Source: PVC group bacterium
GTDB lineage: Bacteria > Auribacterota > Erginobacteria > Erginobacterales > Erginobacteraceae
DNA: 40,209 bases
Assembly: GCA_043804695.1 (NCBI GenBank)
Contig: JAZDIV010000155.1
Coordinates: forward strand, 1-40,209
Direction of reading: 5' to 3'
The translations under genes were made by a program, and so were the position numbers. Under the pieces are notes generated by a model. It saw only the letters and a list, made by a program, of their open reading frames with translations, made no database searches and was not told the DNA's origin. Shown one piece after another: positions 26,796 to 37,024 of this stretch; position 1 is the first letter of the stretch, and every line of letters begins with the position of its first letter.

Positions 26796-29724
26796 GCGAC
26801 AACCCGAGCTGGGTTTCCAGGATCACATCGCGGAGTTTCTGGTCCGCGAACACAGATATAGCGTGCTCGAACAATCCGATATTTCGGACAAAGAGCACTT
26901 CATTGCCGAAGATCAACTCTGGGCCTTTCTCATCGCCACTCAGACCGATACGCTGAAAAAGCTGGCGGAAGATTACGGCACGGACGCGCGGGACGAGATA
27001 TTCCGTTCCCTGCGCAAGGAGCTGGAGCATACTCCGCTGTGGCTCCTCCTTCGCCACGGGTTGCAGGTGAGGGGATTGGAATTCCATCTCTACTACCCCA
27101 AGCCGAGGTCCCAAGAGAGCGCGGCCCAGGAGAAATATTCAGAGAACCGCATCACCTTCCGTCCGCATTTCTACTTCGGGGAAACGAATCAGGAGATTGA
27201 CTTCGTGCTTTTCCTCAATGGTCTGCCCATCGTGGCATTGGAGGTAAAACACGAGAAAAATCAAACCGTACATGATGCCGTCGCGCAGTTTACCGCCCGG
27301 GACCACACCCGGAAGATCTTCCAATACCCGTTTCTTTACCTCGCCGCCGACACCAGTGACGTTATGGCCGCCACCGATCCGCGCCGGGAGCAGAACTTCC
27401 GCTGGCACAACACAGGTTTGACCAACAAAGCGGAGATGGATGGCGAATACCCCGTGGAGTTCCTCTACCGGGAAGTTTTATCCAAGGACCGCCTTCTCGA
27501 AGCGCTTTCGTTTTTCCTTATCTACATTCCAAAACGTGAAGCGGAAGCCGATAAGCCGGTGCGCCAGGCATCCACTATCTTTCCCCGCTACCATCAGAGC
27601 CGCATGGTGCGCCGCGTGGCGAACGACGCTTTAGATTATTTCAATAAAACCGGCGAGATCGGGCGGAAATACCTCATCAGCCATTCAGCCGGCAGCGGGA
27701 AGACCCTCTCCATCTGCTGGCTGGCCGATCGACTTCACAGCTTATTCAAGCCTGGGACCAGCGAGAAACTGGTGGATATGGTGTTCATCCTGACCGACCG
27801 GAAGGCGCTCGATAAAAACATCAAGGACGAGGTGGAAAACTTCACCCATCTTAAAGATGTAATCGGGCTGGCGCGGAAGGCGGACAACCTCCCACAGTTC
27901 ATGAAGAATCGAAAGCCGATTATCGTAACGACGCAGCAGAAGTTTGAGTGGGTTTTGGAGGAGATCGAGAAGAACGAGGATTTAAGGAAACTACGCGTGG
28001 CATTTCTGATCGATGAGGCGCATCGGTCCCAGGAGGGCAAGATGGGGGCGGCCATCCGGAAACCCTTCCGCGAGCAAGCGGTCCCCACCGAAGTTGATGC
28101 GGATGCCGAAGAGGAGCCGAGGGATGAAGAAGAAGAAATCGCCCGCATCATCCACGAGCACGACCGGAACCAACTTTTTGTGGCCTTCACGGCGACACCT
28201 GCCCCGGCAACCGTGACGCTTTTCGGGCAGGATTTCGACACATACACGGAAGCGGAGGCCATCGCCGAGGGTTATATAGTGGATGTCGCGGCGAGCATCA
28301 TCTCATACAAGACACTCTACCACCTCAAATGTCGGGTGGTGCCGAAACCGGATGCAGAGAAGCTATATCCCAAAGGCGTGGTGGCCAAAGCGCTGAAGAA
28401 CGTGGCGTTCCAAGACGACGGCTTAATCCAGTATAAGGCCGAAGTCATGCTTCGCATCTTCGATGAGAATGTAAAGCCTCTTATCAACGGGCGAGCCAAG
28501 GCGATGATCGTAACGAGTTCGCGCGTGGCCGGGCTGAGATATTTCCAGATTATCAAGGAAAAGCTTAAGGAGCGCGGGGCGGACTACAAGGCGCTGTATG
28601 CGTTCTCGGATTTCGTCCATCCGCAGACCAACGCGGCGATCAGCGAATATGCGGTGAACGAGTTGAAAGAAGGGGAGCAAATCGAGGACCGGTTCGAGGG
28701 TGAAAATTATCGGTTGATGGTAGTGGCGAACAAATTCCAAACTGGTTTCGATCAGCCTCTTTTAGCCGGGATGTTTCTCGACAAGCCAGTGATGGACCGT
28801 AACGCCGTGCAGACCGTCTCACGCCTGAACCGCAAGGCTGAAGGGAAGCAAGACGTTGTAGTGGTGGACTTCACGAACAACGCCCGGGCGATCCTCAAAG
28901 CTTTCGTCAAGTATCGTAAAGGCGCGCCTTTTGAAGCGGAGGAACCGGATAAAGACCAATGCGTCAAGCAATATAGAGAAATTCTGGCGGCAGGGATTTT
29001 CACTCATAATGACGCCCGGAATTTTATGAAGCTTCTCACGGCGGGCAACGATGCACAGGTGCAATTCACCGTGAACGGACTGCGGACACGGTTTCACGCC
29101 AAGGTGGCTGAATTGGAAGATCGGAAGGATTACGTCTACCTGCTCGCGCGCTTTGTGAAGAGTTTCCATTTTCTCACATGCTTCTTCACGTATCCGCAGG
29201 AAATTCGAGAGTTCGCGGTATTTGCCGAATACGTTGGGCCTCAGCTCATAAAGCAGGGCAGTGTTTCCGATTTAATGAAGTTAATCCGGGAAACAGAGGT
29301 GATAAAAGCGGCGGTTCAGTACCAGGGCGAGGTGCGCAGTGTCGGCACGGTGAAACTGAAGTCCGGTACAGGCGCCAAAGGAGGCGGCCCACCGCCTAAG
29401 AAAATCTCTGTGCAGGACATGATCGCTGAAATCCAAGCTAAGTTTAGCATCACCGATGAAGAGGCTCTCTACATCAAGGAAGTGACGGAGGAAAAAACCA
29501 ACGATCCCGCGATTCAGATAACAGTTCGGGAGAATAAAGAAGACCCGGTATTTTTAGAGGGGCCCTTTCAAGGGCAGGTCAAAGGGCAGATTCAGATCGC
29601 TTACGCTGAACGCGCTCTCTTCGATGCGCTCGCGGATGGGAAGTATACCGACCGAGGGGCTATTTTCGACATCATGGCCTTGATGGTAATTCATCAAAAC
29701 TTGTTGCGGGTATCCGCCGCGTGA
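26785..29724 (+). CDS. hsdR: Type I R-M restriction subunit
   Basis: Nuclease motif IDFVLFLNGLPIVALEVK, then HSAGSGKT, DEAHRSQ, FTATP, KFQTGFDQP, QTVSRLNR. ATG 26785 overlaps the toxin stop by 11 nt. Confidence 0.93.
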   Translation: MARKRQPELGFQDHIAEFLVREHRYSVLEQSDISDKEHFIAEDQLWAFLIATQTDTLKKLAEDYGTDARDEIFRSLRKELEHTPLWLLLRHGLQVRGLEFHLYYPKPRSQESAAQEKYSENRITFRPHFYFGETNQEIDFVLFLNGLPIVALEVKHEKNQTVHDAVAQFTARDHTRKIFQYPFLYLAADTSDVMAATDPRREQNFRWHNTGLTNKAEMDGEYPVEFLYREVLSKDRLLEALSFFLIYIPKREAEADKPVRQASTIFPRYHQSRMVRRVANDALDYFNKTGEIGRKYLISHSAGSGKTLSICWLADRLHSLFKPGTSEKLVDMVFILTDRKALDKNIKDEVENFTHLKDVIGLARKADNLPQFMKNRKPIIVTTQQKFEWVLEEIEKNEDLRKLRVAFLIDEAHRSQEGKMGAAIRKPFREQAVPTEVDADAEEEPRDEEEEIARIIHEHDRNQLFVAFTATPAPATVTLFGQDFDTYTEAEAIAEGYIVDVAASIISYKTLYHLKCRVVPKPDAEKLYPKGVVAKALKNVAFQDDGLIQYKAEVMLRIFDENVKPLINGRAKAMIVTSSRVAGLRYFQIIKEKLKERGADYKALYAFSDFVHPQTNAAISEYAVNELKEGEQIEDRFEGENYRLMVVANKFQTGFDQPLLAGMFLDKPVMDRNAVQTVSRLNRKAEGKQDVVVVDFTNNARAILKAFVKYRKGAPFEAEEPDKDQCVKQYREILAAGIFTHNDARNFMKLLTAGNDAQVQFTVNGLRTRFHAKVAELEDRKDYVYLLARFVKSFHFLTCFFTYPQEIREFAVFAEYVGPQLIKQGSVSDLMKLIRETEVIKAAVQYQGEVRSVGTVKLKSGTGAKGGGPPPKKISVQDMIAEIQAKFSITDEEALYIKEVTEEKTNDPAIQITVRENKEDPVFLEGPFQGQVKGQIQIAYAERALFDALADGKYTDRGAIFDIMALMVIHQNLLRVSAA

Positions 29725-30395
29725 CGAGCATGAGCAAAACAATCTCCCAGATTCCCAAACAAGACCGTCCGCGAGAGAAACTGCTCTCCAGGGGCGCCGG
29801 AGCTCTTACCGATCAGGAATTGCTGGCCATTCTATTGGGCAAAGGTATCGCCGGTATAGATGTTATGACTCTGGCTGGAAAGTTGCGACGCGTCATGGAC
29901 GAAAAAGGACTCGCGGTCCGGAGTGAAGACCTCACACAAATCGATGGGGTAGGGGAGGCTAAGGCTACTCTGCTGCTCGCCGCCATTGAATATGCCCGGC
30001 GCCGAATAAAGCCTGAAGGACTGAAAATAGAAAAACCGGCCGATGTGTTGCCTTTACTCCGTCATTATGCCGACCGCAAGCAGGAACATTTCCTGTGCGC
30101 GTCTGTGAATGGGGCCAATGAAGTGATGAACATCCGCGTTGTTTCGATCGGCCTGATTGATCGAAGTCCGGTCCATCCCCGGGAAGTCTTTGCCGATCCG
30201 CTTATGGATCGGGCATGCGCCGTAATACTTGCTCACAATCACCCGACGGGAGCCCTGGAACCCTCGGAAGCGGATGTTGAAACTACGCGGCGATTACGCG
30301 AAGCCGGGGAGCTTATGGGTATAACGGTGCTGGATCATCTGATCTTCAACCGATCCGGATATTTCAGCTTCCTGGAAAAAGGAATTCGGTTCTGA
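29721..30395 (+). CDS. radC: RadC family JAB-domain protein
   Basis: DRPREKL..G..ALTD.ELLAILLG, GVGEAKA, VHPREVF, HNHPTG..PSEAD, LDH. GTGA overlap with hsdR; alternative ATG 29730. Confidence 0.92.
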   Translation: MTSMSKTISQIPKQDRPREKLLSRGAGALTDQELLAILLGKGIAGIDVMTLAGKLRRVMDEKGLAVRSEDLTQIDGVGEAKATLLLAAIEYARRRIKPEGLKIEKPADVLPLLRHYADRKQEHFLCASVNGANEVMNIRVVSIGLIDRSPVHPREVFADPLMDRACAVILAHNHPTGALEPSEADVETTRRLREAGELMGITVLDHLIFNRSGYFSFLEKGIRF

Positions 30396-30512
30396 ATCCG
30401 TGCCCTTGAATGCGGGATTTTGCCGTTACTCAGCTGGAGCACTTGGAGGAACTGGCCATGGTTGCCAAGGTGCACAAGAATCGCGATGAACATTTAGTGC
30501 TGTGACTACCAC

Positions 30513-31742
30513 ATGGATAAATCTCAGCATTCCACTTTCACCTGGCTGGACTATTCCGAGCATGAACGCCGGAAGATGTTGGAGGTCATCCATTCGTTTG
30601 ACGAGAAGGGCACGCGGGATGAGTTGGGCATCGGGACGATTCGCGACGGCGTGGCCGATTTGCTGTTTCCCGGAACAGGAACGGTGCAAACGCGGGCGCG
30701 ATACTTCCTGTTTATCCCGTGGATATATCTGGGACTGGAACGCAAAGAGACGCCTTCCCGCGAAATAGCTGAACGGGCACGCAAGCGTGAGACAGAACTG
30801 ATCTACGCGTTGGAGAAAGGCGGGGAGAAGAACAAAGGCATTGTCGGCCAGGATGCGCGCGAAGAGCTACATCGTCTGGCCAGCAACATCTACTGGCAAG
30901 GGCTCGGCGCATGGGGCGTTCGACGATTTCCCGGCTCCCAAGACCAATACCACCGATGGCTGGACTCCTGGTACCGGCAGCAAGCTGAGTATACGAAAGT
31001 TGACAGAGGAGAAAGCGGTGAAGGCGGCGGATTACAGCCCAACTGGCATCCCGCCGTACCAACTCCCCATGGTGGCTGGCGGTCGAAAACGGATTTCCAA
31101 CTGACGCGGATGGAGGCAAAGTTTCTACGGGACGGCATCCTGAACCACACGGCAGGCTCTTTGCTGGCTCATCTGGTCACATTAGACAAGCCCTTGGTGG
31201 ATGCCGATTTCTGCTGGTTTAGCGAAGGTTACCGGGATTTCCCGGCGGTTAATCGGAACCAGGTGGATCATGCGCGGGCTTTCTCCGAGGTCATCCATGG
31301 CGCGGCGTTGATTTACAACCTCTTGTTGGCGGAGAAGACAGGCAAGAAAGACCTGATCGAATCCTACCAAGAAAGCGTCCGCGAATGGTCGGAACTGCTC
31401 GAAAAGCGCGGCAAGCGAATTGCCGAATGGGATATAGCAGAATTCTGGACGCTGCTCCGCGATCATAAGGTCCGTGTGACGCCGCGAACCCATGCGTTCG
31501 TGGGGGAATGGATCCAGCGGGTGCAGCATGCCAATCGCCCGCAGACCCTGGCGGACGACAAGGCTGTCCGCCAGCTGATCCGCCAGCGCGAAGTGGCTCT
31601 CAAGAAGGGCCTGGCCAGGCTGGAGAATCCCCGGGCGCTTGAATTGTGGAATGAGGCGGCAGGAACCGGCCGGCTTGATTTCCGTTGGGGCAAATCCCGG
31701 CAGCTGGTTAATGACATCCTGGAGGGTTTGGGCCATGCTTGA
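30513..31742 (+). CDS. DUF6361-like protein, first gene of a putative Azaca-like defence operon
   Basis: WLDYSE.ERR..DELGIGTIRD..ADLLFPGT.TVQTRARYFLFIPW, YWQGL..WG, RE..LK..ARL, LDFRW. Confidence 0.75.
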   Translation: MDKSQHSTFTWLDYSEHERRKMLEVIHSFDEKGTRDELGIGTIRDGVADLLFPGTGTVQTRARYFLFIPWIYLGLERKETPSREIAERARKRETELIYALEKGGEKNKGIVGQDAREELHRLASNIYWQGLGAWGVRRFPGSQDQYHRWLDSWYRQQAEYTKVDRGESGEGGGLQPNWHPAVPTPHGGWRSKTDFQLTRMEAKFLRDGILNHTAGSLLAHLVTLDKPLVDADFCWFSEGYRDFPAVNRNQVDHARAFSEVIHGAALIYNLLLAEKTGKKDLIESYQESVREWSELLEKRGKRIAEWDIAEFWTLLRDHKVRVTPRTHAFVGEWIQRVQHANRPQTLADDKAVRQLIRQREVALKKGLARLENPRALELWNEAAGTGRLDFRWGKSRQLVNDILEGLGHA

Positions 31743-33660
31743 GCCCTTGGTCCGTCGGCACCTGTTCGCCGCGCTTCGCCCGCCCCCCGGCTACGACGTG
31801 GATGTGGCCATCGGCACCACCTATTCGCTCGACCTTATGGCGTTGCTGGCCGTGCCGCTGGCCTTCGCGCTCTTCGACTGGGAGGACGATTCCGGCCAGG
31901 TCAGCGCGGACCCGCTGGCGCTGTTGGAGGCGGCCCGGCGCTACGCGGGCAAGACCCATATCTTCTGCCAGGCGGGGCAGATCCATCTTCCGAAGCAGCG
32001 CTCGCCGCTCCTCTTTGAGCTGGAGCGCATCGTAAAGGAAGTCCGTCCGCGCAATTCCTGTGGCGTTTTTCACCCGAAAGTTTGGATTCTGCGTTTCACG
32101 TCTGCGTCAAAGGGTGATCCCATCCTGTATCGCGTGCTCTGCCTGACCCGCAACTTGACATACGACCGCTCCTGGGACACGCTCCTGAGCCTGGACGGCG
32201 AGCTGACAGATCGGAAACGAGCCATCGCCGCGAATCACCCGTTGGGCGACTTCGTCAAGGCGCTGCCCAAGCTGATGATGCACCCTGCGGATGATTTCCT
32301 GCGAAAAACAGTGAGCAAGGTGCAGGGCGAGTTGCGACGCGTGCGCTTCACAATGCCCGAGGGTATCAAAGATGCCCGCTTTCATCCCCTGGGGCTGGAA
32401 AAGCAACCGGACTGGTGGTTCGATGGACGATGCGAAAAGGTCCTGGCCATGGCCCCCTTCGTGGATGAGGTTTTTCTCAAGCGCCTCGCCTCCTGGACGG
32501 ACGGCAGTTGCGTACTGGTCTCCCGCCTGGAGCAGTTGCAGGAGCTGCCCGGAAATCTGCTGGCCAAGTGCGCGAAGGTCCTCTACCTGCATCCCGATGC
32601 CGGCGAGGCTGACTCCGAGGTGGGGTGGAATCCATCATCGGACACAGAACCGGATGGGCCGAGCACGGAAGCCGATATCAATCAGGACACCCTGACCGGA
32701 TTGCATGCCAAGCTCTACGTCACCGATGGTGGTTGGAAGTCCAGCATATGGACCGGCTCGGCAAACGCGACGAATGCCGCCTTCTCCCGCAACGTTGAAT
32801 TTCTGGTCGAGTTGATAAGCTATAAGAGTTCCAGCGGGGTGGATGCTTTCCTCAAGCGGTTGAAGGGGCAAACGCGCTTTGCCGATCTGCTCCACGATTA
32901 CGTACCTGAGGAAGTCGTTCCTAAGAAGGATCCTGACGCGCGGGCCGCGGAAGAACTGGCAGAGTTTATTCGCAGAGTGTTGCTCGACCTACAGATGAAG
33001 GCGGCCGTGGCGTCACTCCCGGATACCGCTGATTTTCAGATGACGCTGGTCGGTACGACTAAGAAGGACCACCGGTTGGACCAGTCCTCAAGCGCTCTCC
33101 ATTGCTGGCCCGTGACCGTGCCGGAACGTGAAGCCATAGATGGCTGGGCGCTCCTATCGGGGGAATCCTTACTTTTCCCGAAGCTGACGTTTGAAGCCCT
33201 GACCGGATTCATGGCATTTAATGTGAAGGCCACCGTGGGCTCACGGATGCACCAGCTGCGCTTTGTCCTGAATCTGCCCGTTGTCGGACTACCCGCCGAC
33301 CGTCCTGAACACATGTTGCGTCTCATCCTGCAGAACAAGACGCAGGTCCTGCGGATGCTGCTGCTTCTGCTGGCCGACTCGGACATCGATGTGCTGGCCG
33401 GACTGGCCCACGCCCATGGAATATCGGGTGATGGACATGAAGGAAAATGGCTTTCCGGTCTTGGAGACCTGGCCCTGTTTGAACCGCTTTTGAAAACATT
33501 GGAGCGCAATCCGGAAAAATTGTCCAGGGTGGCGCGGCTGATTTCGGACCTGCAGAAGACGCCAGGCGGCGTGGAGTTGCTGCCACCGGGATTCCTGGAG
33601 ATCTGGTCTCCCATTTGGGCAGTGGCCCAATCCCTCATGGATGAGCATAAAACACCATAA
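31735..33660 (+). CDS. Phospholipase D-superfamily protein (putative nuclease) with two HxK motifs
   Basis: GTTYSLDL, FHPKVWILRF..TRNLT and LHAKLYVTD..GSANAT..NVE. RBS GGAGGG; ATG 31735 overlaps the upstream stop. Confidence 0.82.
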   Translation: MLEPLVRRHLFAALRPPPGYDVDVAIGTTYSLDLMALLAVPLAFALFDWEDDSGQVSADPLALLEAARRYAGKTHIFCQAGQIHLPKQRSPLLFELERIVKEVRPRNSCGVFHPKVWILRFTSASKGDPILYRVLCLTRNLTYDRSWDTLLSLDGELTDRKRAIAANHPLGDFVKALPKLMMHPADDFLRKTVSKVQGELRRVRFTMPEGIKDARFHPLGLEKQPDWWFDGRCEKVLAMAPFVDEVFLKRLASWTDGSCVLVSRLEQLQELPGNLLAKCAKVLYLHPDAGEADSEVGWNPSSDTEPDGPSTEADINQDTLTGLHAKLYVTDGGWKSSIWTGSANATNAAFSRNVEFLVELISYKSSSGVDAFLKRLKGQTRFADLLHDYVPEEVVPKKDPDARAAEELAEFIRRVLLDLQMKAAVASLPDTADFQMTLVGTTKKDHRLDQSSSALHCWPVTVPEREAIDGWALLSGESLLFPKLTFEALTGFMAFNVKATVGSRMHQLRFVLNLPVVGLPADRPEHMLRLILQNKTQVLRMLLLLLADSDIDVLAGLAHAHGISGDGHEGKWLSGLGDLALFEPLLKTLERNPEKLSRVARLISDLQKTPGGVELLPPGFLEIWSPIWAVAQSLMDEHKTP

Positions 33661-36600
33661 ACCCGACACGGAACAGGTCTTCAAGGCGCTGAAAGACTTC
33701 CAGCGCCGCACGGTGGAGTACGTCTTTCGTCGTATGTACCTGGACCCCGACCTGACGAGGCGGTTTCTCGTCGCTGATGAAGTCGGCCTCGGCAAGACAC
33801 TTGTGGCGAGGGGTCTCATCGCGAAGACCGTGGATTACCTCTGGGATCGGGTCGAGCGGATCGACGTGGTTTATATCTGCTCCAATGCCGACATCGCCCG
33901 GCAGAACATTGCCCGCCTGTACATCGCCGATAAGCACGACTTTACCCCCCCCTCGAGACTGACGCTGCTCCCCCTGCACCTTCACAGCCTCAAAGATGGC
34001 CGCCGTCTGAACTTTGTGGCTTTTACGCCGGGAACATCGTTTGACCTCAAGTCAAGTTGCGGAACCGGTTGGGAGCGCGCGCTCTTGTTCCAGGTTCTTC
34101 GGAAGCATTGGGAGTTCAGCGGGCGCGCGCCCTACAACGTATTCTCCGTCTATATGGAACCGGACAATTTTATCTCTTACTGTAAATCCATGGCCAAAGA
34201 AAAGATAGAAGAAGAGGTTGCCGAGGCCTTTCTGAAGAACATGGATGAACAGGAGAAGATCGATAAGTCGGCCGGGCGATCTGGGTTGCGCCAAAGAATT
34301 GAGAAGCTCTGCGGGGCTTTCTGCAGGAGCGATTCCAGATTTACAGAAGACGACGTCGAAGAACGCAACATCGTAATTGGGGAGTTGAGAAGGCAGATGG
34401 CGTTCACCTGCCTCAATTGGCTGGAGCCAGACCTTATCATCATGGATGAGTTCCAACGATTCAAGCATTTGCTGGACTCAGGGACTGAGGCGGGGGAACT
34501 GGCCCAGAGGCTATTCGAGTATTCCGATGAACACTCGGCCGCCCGGGTGATGTTGCTCTCCGCCACTCCTTACAAGATGTACACGCTGAACGATGAACAA
34601 GAAGGCGACAGCCACTACGATGACTTCCTCGATACGCTGAAATTTCTGCTGAACGACCCTGGTAGAATCGCGGCTGTGGATCGCCTGCTGGATGCATATG
34701 CAAAAGAGCTTCATCGCCTGGGATCGGGCGGTTTGGAAACATTGGTGCGGATCAAAAGCGAGTTGGAGACTCAGATGCGGCGCGTGATGGTGCGCACGGA
34801 AAGGCTGTCCAATTCAAAGGACCGGAACGGCATGTTGCGCGAGATTCTATCGCCCGCCATGGCGCCGGAAGTGATGGATATTGAGCACTATCTCGGCCAG
34901 GCGAAAATCGGGAGCTGCCTCGGCTGCGGATCGCTGGTGGATTACTGGAAATCCTCACCCTACCTCCTGAACTTCATGGAGGAATACGAGGTCAAGCGGG
35001 CATTCCGGAATGGCACAGGGTCCAACACCGTCCCGGTTGTGCGGCAGCAACTCTTGGATGCTCCAGAGATCTTGCTGTCCCACGCGGACTTGAAGCGCTA
35101 CCGTGCGATAGATCCGTTCAACGCCCGGCTCCGTGGTCTCGTCCGCGATGTCATCGACTCGGGAGCGTGGAAGCTGCTTTGGATGCCGCCATCTCTGCCG
35201 TATTACCCGCTCTTCAACGAATTCGCCCAACCGGCCGCGTCCAAGATCACCAAGCGCCTGGTGTTCTCCTGCTGGCATGTCGTTCCGAAAGCGATCGCCG
35301 CCCTCGTCAGTTATGAGGCGGAAAGGCGCTGCCATCTCCTGCAGAATCCTAAAGCCATCAACACACCGGAGGAACGGAAGAAAAAACGCCCGCTCCTTCG
35401 CTTTGCTATTTCAGATGGCAGGCTCACCGGCATGCCGGTCCTTGGGCTCATCTACCCCGCTACGCATCTCGCCAGGCAGACAGACCCGCTGTTTTTGGCC
35501 AAAGAGAAGGCATCGGCAGAAGGAGAGATGCTGTCTTTCGCGGATCTGTTTGAGGCGGCAAAGATGCGGGTCAGATCGATGCTCGGCGATATTCATGTCA
35601 CCACCCCCCCGGGCAGTCCCGTGGATGAAAACTGGTATTGGGCGGCTCCCGTGCTTATTGATCTCGCTCGGCAGGCGGAATCAACCGCACGATGGCTGGA
35701 CCAGGGCGATCTGCCCCAGATCTGGGCGGGAAAGGAGGATGGCGAGGAACTGGATCGTGAGAGCCGATGGAATGACCATGTGGCAGCGATGAAAAGCCTG
35801 TGCAAAGATTTTCAGGCCGGCAAACTGATTTTGGGACGGCAGCCCGATGATCTTGTGGATGTTCTCGCCCAGCTCGGCATGTCCGGACCGGGATGTTGCT
35901 GCTTGAGAAGCCTGTGGCGTTTCGGATTCCCAAACTATGACTTGGAATCCCGGAATGCCGCCGCCGCCATGGCCTATGCGTTTCTAACTCTCTTTAATCT
36001 GCCTGAGAGCATGGCAATCATACGCGGGCCACGAGAGGGGGAAAAAGCCAGGGAGCCATACTGGGTCCAGATGCTGGATTACTCGGCCGCGGGCTGTCTT
36101 CAATCGGTTCTCGATGAGTACGTGCATGTTTTACGCGAAAGCCTGGGTCGGATTGACTCACCCCCGGACAAGACTTTGGCCGATGTGGCGCAGGCGGTAT
36201 CCTCCGTGCTTCGGCTGCGAACCTCGCGTGTGAGCTACGATCATGTAATTGCGAAGCCGCGGTCCCGTGTGAAGCTTGTGTCGCAATCCATGCGTGTACG
36301 GTATGCCATGCGGTTCGGCAAACAGGAGTCCGATGACGGCGGCAAACCGACACGAGAGGATATCGTGCGGGCGGCATTCAATTCTCCCTTCTGGCCATTT
36401 GTGATGGCGACTACTTCTATCGGACAGGAGGGGTTGGACTTTCATCAGTATTGCCACGCGATCGTTCATTGGAACCTACCCGACAATCCTGTCGACTTGG
36501 AACAACGTGAAGGCCGTATTCATCGCTACAAAGGTCACGCGATCCGAAAGAACCTGGCCCAGAAACACCGGCTGGCCATGACGGAAGGACCTGATCCCTG

Positions 36601-36904
36601 GACCGCAATGTTTTTGAAAGCACGTGGCGAATGTGCGCCCGGCACAAGCGAGATTGAGCCATTCTGGGTTCTAACAGTGGAGGGAGGCGCTTACATCGAG
36701 CGGCATGTGCCGGCCATGCCCGCCAGCAAGGACGAGATTCGGTTGGCCCGATTGAAGAAGGCGGTGTTTCTCTATCGGTTGGCATTCGGACAGCTGAGAC
36801 AAGCCGACCTTGTTGATTTTCTTGGAAGCCGTCTGGATGTTCAGCAAGCGGAAAAACTATCTCACGAGATTCTTCTGAATCTTGAACCGCCGGCTGTGAA
36901 ATAG
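33641..36904 (+). CDS. Superfamily 2 helicase (SNF2-like Walker A), 1087 aa
   Basis: LKDFQ, ADEVGLGKT, DEFQ, LSATP, FNSPF.P..TSIGQEGLDFH, EQREGRIHRY. 20-nt overlap with the PLD gene. Confidence 0.9.
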   Translation: MSIKHHKPDTEQVFKALKDFQRRTVEYVFRRMYLDPDLTRRFLVADEVGLGKTLVARGLIAKTVDYLWDRVERIDVVYICSNADIARQNIARLYIADKHDFTPPSRLTLLPLHLHSLKDGRRLNFVAFTPGTSFDLKSSCGTGWERALLFQVLRKHWEFSGRAPYNVFSVYMEPDNFISYCKSMAKEKIEEEVAEAFLKNMDEQEKIDKSAGRSGLRQRIEKLCGAFCRSDSRFTEDDVEERNIVIGELRRQMAFTCLNWLEPDLIIMDEFQRFKHLLDSGTEAGELAQRLFEYSDEHSAARVMLLSATPYKMYTLNDEQEGDSHYDDFLDTLKFLLNDPGRIAAVDRLLDAYAKELHRLGSGGLETLVRIKSELETQMRRVMVRTERLSNSKDRNGMLREILSPAMAPEVMDIEHYLGQAKIGSCLGCGSLVDYWKSSPYLLNFMEEYEVKRAFRNGTGSNTVPVVRQQLLDAPEILLSHADLKRYRAIDPFNARLRGLVRDVIDSGAWKLLWMPPSLPYYPLFNEFAQPAASKITKRLVFSCWHVVPKAIAALVSYEAERRCHLLQNPKAINTPEERKKKRPLLRFAISDGRLTGMPVLGLIYPATHLARQTDPLFLAKEKASAEGEMLSFADLFEAAKMRVRSMLGDIHVTTPPGSPVDENWYWAAPVLIDLARQAESTARWLDQGDLPQIWAGKEDGEELDRESRWNDHVAAMKSLCKDFQAGKLILGRQPDDLVDVLAQLGMSGPGCCCLRSLWRFGFPNYDLESRNAAAAMAYAFLTLFNLPESMAIIRGPREGEKAREPYWVQMLDYSAAGCLQSVLDEYVHVLRESLGRIDSPPDKTLADVAQAVSSVLRLRTSRVSYDHVIAKPRSRVKLVSQSMRVRYAMRFGKQESDDGGKPTREDIVRAAFNSPFWPFVMATTSIGQEGLDFHQYCHAIVHWNLPDNPVDLEQREGRIHRYKGHAIRKNLAQKHRLAMTEGPDPWTAMFLKARGECAPGTSEIEPFWVLTVEGGAYIERHVPAMPASKDEIRLARLKKAVFLYRLAFGQLRQADLVDFLGSRLDVQQAEKLSHEILLNLEPPAVK

Positions 36905-37024
36905 TTTCAGGGGCACACCATGACTATTGACTAATGGTGGAGGGAGTTTCCCCCAATTCATTGTAAGAAATTCAGGGTCAAGTATCGACTCCTGACAGGA
37001 TATAAACATTCGGAGGATTGAAAA

